NCBI RefSeq assembly: GCF_000619945.1
Contig: NZ_JHVC01000002.1
Location: 16,098 to 48,097 of the forward strand
Length of the DNA: 32,000 nt
Direction of reading: 5' to 3'
Origin: Clostridium lundense DSM 17049
GTDB lineage: Bacteria; Bacillota; Clostridia; Clostridiales; Clostridiaceae
Shown piece by piece: positions 25,721 to 32,000 of this stretch; position 1 is the stretch's first letter, and every line of letters starts with the position of its first letter. Below the pieces are notes generated by a model that was given only the letters and a program-made list of their open reading frames with translations, was not told where the DNA came from and made no database searches. A program made the translations under genes and the position numbers.

Positions 25721-26824
25721 ATGATTAACAAGTTGTTAATTGGCATATTAATATTATTAATAGGTGTTATTTTGCTACAAACAATAAAAACTAGGAAAAT
25801 GGAAAGTTATATTCAAACAGTAGAAAAAATAAGATCAACATTATATGATGTTGCTTATACTATAAGTAATACAGATAATGAAGAGGAGATATATTCTAGA
25901 ATATTAAATACATCTATAAAATTAATTCCATATGCTTCTAAGGGAAGTATAATTATATTAGATGATGATAATAAGTTTTATTTCAAAACTTTAGTGGGAT
26001 ATCCAAAAGATTTAATGAATATTTCTTTTAGAAAGGAAGAATTATTTATAAATAATATAGAATCTAAAGAAAGTATAATAATAGAAAATCCTTTTAAATT
26101 TGATGAAAATTTTTTAAGTAAGCGGAACATTAATAAGTTAAAAGAAAATAACGCACTAGATATTAGCTGCACTATAAGTTGTCCACTATATATAGATAAT
26201 GATTTAATAGGATTGCTAAATATAGATAGTACAAGCTATAATAAGATTTTTACAGAAGAAGATAGGATATTTATGAATTATATAAAAAATGAATTGGAGT
26301 TAGTATTAAAAAATTCTTTAACACAGAAGAAATTAAGGTATATGGCAAATTATGATGAGCTTACTGGGCTTATTAATAGAAGATATTTTAAGAGTATTTT
26401 TATAAAAGAAATAGAAGAAATAAAAAAGGAAATGAGTATGCTAGCAATTGTAGCAATGGATATTAACAATTTTAAATGCATTAATGATACTTATGGGCAT
26501 AATATAGGAGATGGAATACTAAAGGTTTTTGCCCAAGTATTAAAAAGTAGCATTACAGAAGAACATATATGTGCTAGAATATCAGGAGATGAGTTTATAC
26601 TATTATTTAAAAATTATACTCTAGAAAATGCAGAAAATAAAATAAAAGAAATAAAGAATGAATTAAGAAATTTAAATTTAGTAAATATAAATTTAGATTT
26701 TAGTTATGGTATTTATTGCGTTAGTTATGATGATAAAATATCATTAGATGATATTTTGATAAAGGCAGATAGAGAAATGTATAAAGATAAAAAGAAATAT
26801 CATTGTAATAATGAAAAAGGTTAG
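25721..26824 (+). CDS. Membrane-anchored GAF-GGDEF diguanylate cyclase (SGDEF variant)
   Basis: An N-terminal TM helix and a GAF-like middle. The GGDEF domain reads YDELTGLINRRYF...DINNFKCINDTYGH..GD...RISGDEFILLF. Start moved to the ATG at 25721, which follows GGAGG. Confidence 0.87.
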   Translation: MINKLLIGILILLIGVILLQTIKTRKMESYIQTVEKIRSTLYDVAYTISNTDNEEEIYSRILNTSIKLIPYASKGSIIILDDDNKFYFKTLVGYPKDLMNISFRKEELFINNIESKESIIIENPFKFDENFLSKRNINKLKENNALDISCTISCPLYIDNDLIGLLNIDSTSYNKIFTEEDRIFMNYIKNELELVLKNSLTQKKLRYMANYDELTGLINRRYFKSIFIKEIEEIKKEMSMLAIVAMDINNFKCINDTYGHNIGDGILKVFAQVLKSSITEEHICARISGDEFILLFKNYTLENAENKIKEIKNELRNLNLVNINLDFSYGIYCVSYDDKISLDDILIKADREMYKDKKKYHCNNEKG

Positions 26825-26837
26825 TAACATATATTAT

Positions 26838-26891
26838 AATGAGGATGATAATATATATTTAATAAATTAAACGTATATTATCATCCTCATT
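26838..26891. terminator. Perfect 18-bp-stem hairpin between convergent genes
   Basis: AATGAGGATGATAATATA (26838-26855) pairs with TATATTATCATCCTCATT (26874-26891). The loop is 18 nt and the T runs are weak. Confidence 0.55.
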
Positions 26892-26897
26892 GTTTAA

Positions 26898-27902
26898 TTA
26901 TTTAATTTTTATTTCAGCCTGCTTATCTATAATGTTCCACCAAGTTTTTCCTTGAGATAAAGGGACTTCTTTATTTTGGTCATCTAAAAATACAGTGTTA
27001 GAATTAAGATCTTTTTTATACCATTTACCTTTAATAAATTTACCATTACTGATAATATAGCATGTACCTTCACCTGTAAGACGTATGTTTATATGTTGTA
27101 AGGCATCTTTTTTTAATGTTATATCTGTTATTTGAACTATAATATTATTTACAACTATGGGGGCATTATCTTCTCTATTTTTACATTGATTTGATGACAT
27201 ATACTTATAGTATAGTCCATCTTTATATGTGTAAGAAGTATTATAATATTTATTAAGTTTTAATAATGTGCTACTACAATCAGATAAAGTAGCATTTTTC
27301 CAATAATCACTGTTAAATTTAAAGTGAAATTTAGAGCTAAAAGAAAATTTATTTTGTTTTATCAATTCCCTTAACTTAGATGAAGAAGTATAAAGACTAT
27401 GTTCATATTTTCTGCTTTTATCTCGCCAATAAGCTTTTCCGTATGTAAATTCATTTAAACTAGGTAATTGTTCTTTTTTTATTCTTATTTCAGCTTCTTC
27501 ACTATAGCCACAATGGGCAAATGGAAGATTATTTTCTATAGCTATATCAAGGAAATAAGGTCTAGCACTTCTGACAGGTCCAATTTTTTCTGAGTCGTTT
27601 TTATGATAAAGGGCCATAAATCTAGGGATTCCACCTTCTGCCATGGTTTCATAAACTATATCTGCTTGGATCAAACCAGATTGAGGACGAGCGTCTTTTG
27701 AGTTTTCTATTATTACCATAAATGGTATTTTGTCATAAATATCTTTTGTTATCTTTTCTCCTGTATAAGGGGAAAAATATGATTCTTCAATTTTTTTGGG
27801 AGGTTCTTCTGTTGCTATATCCTTTTTTTCTTCATTAGGTTTATTACAACTACTAAACATAATAAATGGTATACATAGTAATAAAAAAATGATTTTTTTC
27901 AT
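26898..27902 (-). CDS. DUF3048 (YerB-like) lipoprotein
   Basis: Lipobox FSSC. ARPQSGLIQADIVYETMAEGGIPRFMALY is characteristic of DUF3048. Confidence 0.85.
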   Translation of the reverse strand: MKKIIFLLLCIPFIMFSSCNKPNEEKKDIATEEPPKKIEESYFSPYTGEKITKDIYDKIPFMVIIENSKDARPQSGLIQADIVYETMAEGGIPRFMALYHKNDSEKIGPVRSARPYFLDIAIENNLPFAHCGYSEEAEIRIKKEQLPSLNEFTYGKAYWRDKSRKYEHSLYTSSSKLRELIKQNKFSFSSKFHFKFNSDYWKNATLSDCSSTLLKLNKYYNTSYTYKDGLYYKYMSSNQCKNREDNAPIVVNNIIVQITDITLKKDALQHINIRLTGEGTCYIISNGKFIKGKWYKKDLNSNTVFLDDQNKEVPLSQGKTWWNIIDKQAEIKIK

Positions 27903-28139
27903 AATAAATACTCCTATTCTATAGTTAATCTTAATATTATTTTATACAAATTTTACCATATATGCAAATGTAAAATCTTTATATAATAATTATATTTGAA
28001 GTTATTACATTTAAAGTAATAAAGGTACCAAATTATATATTTTTAAAATATCAACATCATCATGGGTATAAGAAAATGAAAAATAGGAAGATAATAAGGA
28101 GAAAATAAATCTAGTATCATTTCAATGTTATTTTTAAAA

Positions 28140-28168
28140 TTGCCTAAAATAATTTGCCATAGTATAAT
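28140..28168 (+). promoter_or_regulatory. SigmaA-type promoter of nrdDG
   Basis: TTGCCT (28140-28145), a 17-nt spacer and TATAAT (28163-28168). Confidence 0.6.
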
Positions 28169-28180
28169 GTCAAGGTGCAT

Positions 28181-28196
28181 ACACAATATATGGTAG
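28181..28196. promoter_or_regulatory. NrdR-box-like site
   Basis: ACACAATATATGGTAG matches the first 11 positions of the NrdR-box consensus as I recall it (acaCaATATaTtGtgt). It lies just downstream of the predicted transcription start and upstream of nrdD. Confidence 0.5.
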
Positions 28197-28212
28197 GTAG
28201 GGGGAATTAGTT

Positions 28213-30330
28213 GTGCTACATGTTGTAAAAAGAGATGGCAGGAAGGCTACGTTTGATTCGACAAAGATTACGAATGCTATAAAGGGAGCTTCTGAAGAAA
28301 TAGGGTATAATCTAAAGGAAAGTGAGTTCATAGATTTAACTCAAAAAGTAATAAGAAGGTTAGAAGATACTGAGGAAAAGGAAATTTCTGTTGAAGAAAT
28401 TCAAAATATATTAGAAAAAACTCTTTTAGAGAATAACTATAGAGAAGTGGGAACGGCTTACGCAAACTATAGAAAAGAAAGAACCAAAATAAGAGAAATA
28501 AAATCTGATTTAATGAAGGCAATAGAGAAAATAGGAGTGGAAACGGATAGAGATAATGCCAATGTAGGAAATAATTTTTCATCAAAATTATTAAGAATAG
28601 CTAGTGAATCTAATAAATGGCATAATCTATATACAATGCCTAAGCATTTGGCAAAGGCACATGAAAATGGAGATGTATATTATCATGATTTAGATAGTTA
28701 TAATTTAACTACTAACTGTTTACATATACCCACTAAGGAAGTATTGCTTAGAGGATTTAATACAGGATATGGATATATAAGACCGCCTAGAAGAATAGAG
28801 TCAGCTTGTGAATTATCATGCATTTTATTACAATCTACTCAAAATGATATGTTTGGAGGACAAGCACATCCAGATTTTGATAATGATATGGCGTCCTTTG
28901 TAGAGCCTACTAGAAATGAGATAAGGGAAGAGTTAATAGAAGTAGGTTTGGATAGGGAAAAAGTAGAAGAATTAGTAGAAAAAAGATTAATGAAAAATAT
29001 AAGTCAAGCAATGCAGGGCATTGTATATAATTTAAATACAATGCATTCTAGAGCAGGTTCTCAAGTACCTTTTAGTTCAATAAATATAGGTATTCCTCAA
29101 TCAAAGGATGCAGCGCTTATATGTGAAATATTTTTAAAAGAATATGAGAAAGGCTTAGGAAAAGGGGAACAACCAATATTCCCTAACATTATATTTAGGG
29201 TGAAAAAGGGAGTAAATAAAAATCCTAGTGATCCTTATTTTTACTTATTTGAGTTAGCATGCGAAGTTGCTAGTAAAAGAATGAATCCTACTTTTATGAA
29301 TATAGATGCTGATTTTAATCTTGAGTATTATGAAAGAGGATATCTACCTGCGACCATGGGATGTAGAACTAGAGTGCAGTCTAATATAAATGGTGAGCCT
29401 ACAGTAAAAGGAAGAGGTAATATAGCTCCAACTACCATTAATTTACCTAGATTAGGTATATTAGCTAAAGGAGATATAGATAAATTCTTTAGTCTTCTAG
29501 ATAATAGATTAAATTTAAGTAAAGAATCTTTATTGCATAGATATGATGTACTTAAGAGATTAAGGGTAAAGGATTTACCTTTTGTGGCTGGACAAGGGTT
29601 AATGAAAGGTTCAGAAGATTTATTGCCTGAAGATAGCATAGAGCCAATTTTAAAGCAGGGTACTTGGGCTATAGGATTTATAGGTCTTGCAGAAACTTTA
29701 ACTGCTTTAATTGGAGAACATCATGGGCAGTCAAAAAGGGCAAAGGAATTAGGATTAAAAATTATAAGTTATATAAAAGAATTTGCTGATAGAATTACAG
29801 AAGAAACTCATTTAAATTGGAGTTGTTACGCCACTCCTGCAGAAGGATTGAGTGGTAAGTTTATTTTACAGGATAAAAAAGTTTTTGGAGAGATAAAAGG
29901 TGTTACTGATAAGAATTACTATACTAATGGTTTTCATATACCAGTAGGATATTCTATTTCTATAAAGGATAAAATAGATATAGAAGCGCCATATCATAAA
30001 TTATGTAATGGAGGACATATTACATATATAGAATTGGACGATTATCCAACACAGGATGTAATAATGGATATATTAAACTATGCATATGAAAATACTAATA
30101 TAAATTATATAGGTATAAATTTTCATATAAGATACTGTAAGGATTGTGGAACATATCTTATTAATGATGAAAATAGTTGTCATGAGTGTGGAAGCTTAAA
30201 TATTCAGGGAATATCAAGAGTTACAGGATATTTAAGTTTAGATGAAAGATTTGGAGCTGGAAAAGTGGCAGAAAGAAAAGATAGGGTATCTCATACTCAT
30301 GGAGTGCGTTTTTATGAGGTGATGAACTAA
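28213..30330 (+). CDS. nrdD: Anaerobic ribonucleoside-triphosphate reductase (class III)
   Basis: An N-terminal ATP-cone (VVKRDGRKATFDSTKI), a C-terminal zinc site (CKDCG...CHECGS) and a glycyl-radical motif (RVTGYLS). nrdG follows. Confidence 0.97.
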   Translation: MLHVVKRDGRKATFDSTKITNAIKGASEEIGYNLKESEFIDLTQKVIRRLEDTEEKEISVEEIQNILEKTLLENNYREVGTAYANYRKERTKIREIKSDLMKAIEKIGVETDRDNANVGNNFSSKLLRIASESNKWHNLYTMPKHLAKAHENGDVYYHDLDSYNLTTNCLHIPTKEVLLRGFNTGYGYIRPPRRIESACELSCILLQSTQNDMFGGQAHPDFDNDMASFVEPTRNEIREELIEVGLDREKVEELVEKRLMKNISQAMQGIVYNLNTMHSRAGSQVPFSSINIGIPQSKDAALICEIFLKEYEKGLGKGEQPIFPNIIFRVKKGVNKNPSDPYFYLFELACEVASKRMNPTFMNIDADFNLEYYERGYLPATMGCRTRVQSNINGEPTVKGRGNIAPTTINLPRLGILAKGDIDKFFSLLDNRLNLSKESLLHRYDVLKRLRVKDLPFVAGQGLMKGSEDLLPEDSIEPILKQGTWAIGFIGLAETLTALIGEHHGQSKRAKELGLKIISYIKEFADRITEETHLNWSCYATPAEGLSGKFILQDKKVFGEIKGVTDKNYYTNGFHIPVGYSISIKDKIDIEAPYHKLCNGGHITYIELDDYPTQDVIMDILNYAYENTNINYIGINFHIRYCKDCGTYLINDENSCHECGSLNIQGISRVTGYLSLDERFGAGKVAERKDRVSHTHGVRFYEVMN

Positions 30331-30331
30331 C

Positions 30332-30835
30332 ATGGAGGAGCTTCAGGTAGCAGGATTTTTAGATAATTCTTTAGTAAATGGGCAGGGGCTGAGGTCTGTA
30401 TTATTTGTCTCAGGTTGCCATCATAACTGTAAGGGATGTCATAATAAAGCTATGCAGGATTTTTCTTATGGAGAGAAAGTAAATATAGAGGAGATTTTCT
30501 TTAGAATAAAAAGAAATATTCCTATAATAAGAGGAGTAACATTTTCAGGAGGAGAGCCTTTTGAACAAGCAGGTGCATTATGGAAGTTGGCTGAACTAGT
30601 TAAAGAGGAAGGACTTAATATTTGGTGCTATACAGGATATACCTTTGAATATATATTAAATAATATAAATAATGAAGGTTGGAAAGAATTAATAAATACT
30701 ATAGATGTTTTGGTAGATGGTAGATTTGAAGAAGATAATGTTATAAAAGATTTGAAGTATATGGGTTCTAGTAATCAAAGAACTATAGATGTAAAGGAAA
30801 GTTTAAAAAATAATAAAGTAATTATTTATAGTTAA
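30332..30835 (+). CDS. nrdG: Anaerobic RNR activating protein (radical SAM)
   Basis: Has the CxxxCxxC cluster (GCHHNCKGCHN) and FSGGEPF. It starts 1 nt after the nrdD stop. Confidence 0.93.
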   Translation: MEELQVAGFLDNSLVNGQGLRSVLFVSGCHHNCKGCHNKAMQDFSYGEKVNIEEIFFRIKRNIPIIRGVTFSGGEPFEQAGALWKLAELVKEEGLNIWCYTGYTFEYILNNINNEGWKELINTIDVLVDGRFEEDNVIKDLKYMGSSNQRTIDVKESLKNNKVIIYS

Positions 30836-30850
30836 GCTAAATCTAGTAGG

Positions 30851-30908
30851 TAACCTTACCATGAAAATTATAAGCATAATAAGTTTTTATGGTGAAGGTT
30901 ATTTTTTA
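30851..30908 (+). terminator. Terminator-like hairpin with a long loop
   Basis: TAACCTTACCAT (30851-30862) pairs with ATGGTGAAGGTTA (30889-30901) with a 1-nt bulge, followed by TTTTTT. Confidence 0.55.
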
Positions 30909-30936
30909 TATTAATTTTTATTTATCACCTTTAAAG

Positions 30937-30965
30937 TTGAATAAAAAATTAAAAGAATATATAAT
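30937..30965 (+). promoter_or_regulatory. SigmaA-type promoter of the ArsR-family gene
   Basis: TTGAAT (30937-30942), a 17-nt spacer and TATAAT (30960-30965). Confidence 0.55.
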
Positions 30966-31000
30966 ACATATGAAGATATTTTGGTATTTGAGGTGAAAAA

Positions 31001-31366
31001 ATGAAAAGTACTGAAGAGATAGAGGTTTGCAGCTGTTGCAAAGTTCATAACGATTGTGTTAATTGTGTAAAAAAGAATATGTTAGATAATGAAACCTTTA
31101 CAAGATTATCTGATTTGTTTAAGGTGTTGGGGGATTATACTAGAATTAAAATAATATATGCTTTATTCAATAAGGAATTATGTGTTTGTGATATTGCAGA
31201 GTTGCTAGATATGAGTCAGTCTTCTATATCTCATCAATTAAGAATATTAAAGGCTGCCAGGTTGGTAAAGTTTAGAAAAGAAGGTAAAGTGGTATTTTAC
31301 TCTTTAGATGATAATCATATAGATCAAATAATAAATTCAGGATTAGAACATGTTGAACATAGTTAA
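31001..31366 (+). CDS. ArsR/SmtB family metalloregulator with a Cys-rich N-terminal extension
   Basis: The HTH is ELCVCDIAELLDMSQSSISHQLRILKAARLV and includes the CVC alpha3 motif. The N-terminus reads CSCCKVHNDCVNC. Confidence 0.9.
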   Translation: MKSTEEIEVCSCCKVHNDCVNCVKKNMLDNETFTRLSDLFKVLGDYTRIKIIYALFNKELCVCDIAELLDMSQSSISHQLRILKAARLVKFRKEGKVVFYSLDDNHIDQIINSGLEHVEHS

Positions 31367-31524
31367 GGCACATTAAAAAAATAAATAAGTCAGTATGCTA
31401 GGCTATTTTGCATCATACTGCGTCATCAGAACCCACTGATAGCTCTACTAGCAGTGGAATCTGCTTCCTTGCCTGATACAAAATATCCGTTGCATCTTTG
31501 ACTTGTTATTTATTTTAATGTGCC
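31367..31524. repeat. 158-bp element bounded by ~26-bp imperfect inverted repeats (MITE-like or structured 3' UTR)
   Basis: GGCACATTAAAA (31367-31378) is the perfect complement of TTTTAATGTGCC (31513-31524). The arms extend imperfectly to 31392 and 31499. The ~106-nt interior contains further local hairpins. Confidence 0.55.
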
Positions 31525-31525
31525 T

Positions 31526-31556
31526 GAAGAGTCATAGCAATATGACTCTTTAATTT
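31526..31556 (+). terminator. Terminator hairpin
   Basis: AAGAGTCATA (31527-31536) pairs with TATGACTCTT (31541-31550). The loop is GCAA and TAATTTT follows. Confidence 0.6.
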
Positions 31557-31560
31557 TAAG

Positions 31561-32000
31561 TTATTTGTAATCTAGTATTTCTACGTGATTTTCAAGGTCA
31601 TTTAAGTCTCCAGTAATAGTTATAGAATTACTGTTAGCTTTATGAGCATTTTTTATATGTTTAAGAAAAGTTTCAAGTCCTTCTAATGGAAAAGTAAGAT
31701 CAGGAGTTTTGTAGTGCATAGGTATTATCATGTGACTTTTAATTAACTTTGTTATCTGAGCTGCTTCTTTACCATCAATAGTATAATGACCACCTACTGG
31801 AATAAATAATATATCCACGTTTTCCAATTCCTTTAATTCTTCCTTAGATGGAACGTATCCTAAATCACCTAGATGGCATAGCTTATATTCATCTACTTGG
31901 AACAAGTAAATTATATTTTCACCACGTTTTGCTCCTTCTACTTCATCATGATAGGATGGTATACCTTGAATATTAATATCAGAAACGTAGAAATGACCAA
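31561..32000 (-). CDS. MBL-fold metal-dependent hydrolase, partial (N-terminus beyond the window end)
   Basis: The frame stays open upstream of the track's TTG at 31905, reading ...GHFYVSDINIQGIPSYHDEVEGAKRGENIIYLFQVDEY..., and continues to the window edge. HLGDLG, IPVGGHYT and PMHY fit the COG2220-type MBL fold. Confidence 0.75.
   Translation of the reverse strand, partial: GHFYVSDINIQGIPSYHDEVEGAKRGENIIYLFQVDEYKLCHLGDLGYVPSKEELKELENVDILFIPVGGHYTIDGKEAAQITKLIKSHMIIPMHYKTPDLTFPLEGLETFLKHIKNAHKANSNSITITGDLNDLENHVEILDYK

Noticed and set aside
28076-28108. Tiny upstream ORFs, for example MKNRKIIRRK at about 28076 and MEDIILIKSIA at about 25669
   Set aside because: These ORFs of 9-11 codons in AT-rich intergenic DNA are expected by chance, and there is no supporting context for leader-peptide attenuation.
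27903-28139. Cobalamin or other riboswitch upstream of nrdD
   Set aside because: No B12-box-like sequence or other conserved riboswitch core is visible. The region lies upstream of the best promoter and is extremely AT-rich.
31423-31429. CUGAUGA on the minus strand, hinting at a hammerhead ribozyme core inside the inverted-repeat element
   Set aside because: Stem II (CAGUAUG with CAUACUG) is not followed by the required GAAA core, and no suitable stem I/III with a cleavage site could be built.
1-32000. CRISPR arrays, tRNA/rRNA genes, transposases, integrases, prophage or defence islands
   Set aside because: No spaced direct-repeat arrays, no tRNA-like T-arm (GGTTCGAATCC) motifs, and no ORFs with transposase, recombinase or known defence-system signatures were seen. 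Gene content and synteny are those of a core chromosomal region.

Overview
This is a low-GC Firmicutes chromosome segment that looks like Clostridium. It is dominated by housekeeping genes. It keeps the origin-proximal Bacillus-type synteny metG-tatD-yabE-rnmV-rsmA(ksgA), with ispF, ridA, lgt, nrdDG, spmAB, an NSS transporter, a two-component system, a MATE exporter, a family-4 UDG, two GH73 autolysin paralogs, a GGDEF cyclase, an Mrp/ApbC ATPase, a ferredoxin and an ArsR regulator around it. I found no rRNA or tRNA genes, CRISPR arrays, transposases, integrases or recognisable defence genes, and no multi-gene novel system that I can defend. A Met-specific T-box leader precedes metG. The most unusual signal is a ~122-nt element present twice in the same orientation (15131-15253 and 18671-18793). 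It is about 84% identical between copies by hand alignment. Every stem substitution swaps G-C for G.U on the + strand, so it looks like a structured RNA family that I cannot assign. Other items worth a second look:
- a tight trio of DnaA boxes at 63-95
- a perfect 20-bp palindrome over the yabE -10 element
- a 158-bp inverted-repeat (MITE-like or structured 3' UTR) element directly after arsR
- two small ORFs missing from the ORF track: a MetS-like NSS small subunit and a DUF3006-like protein
- a 414-aa Glu/Lys-repeat protein in the slot after rsmA
All calls come from reading the sequence by eye. No searches were run.
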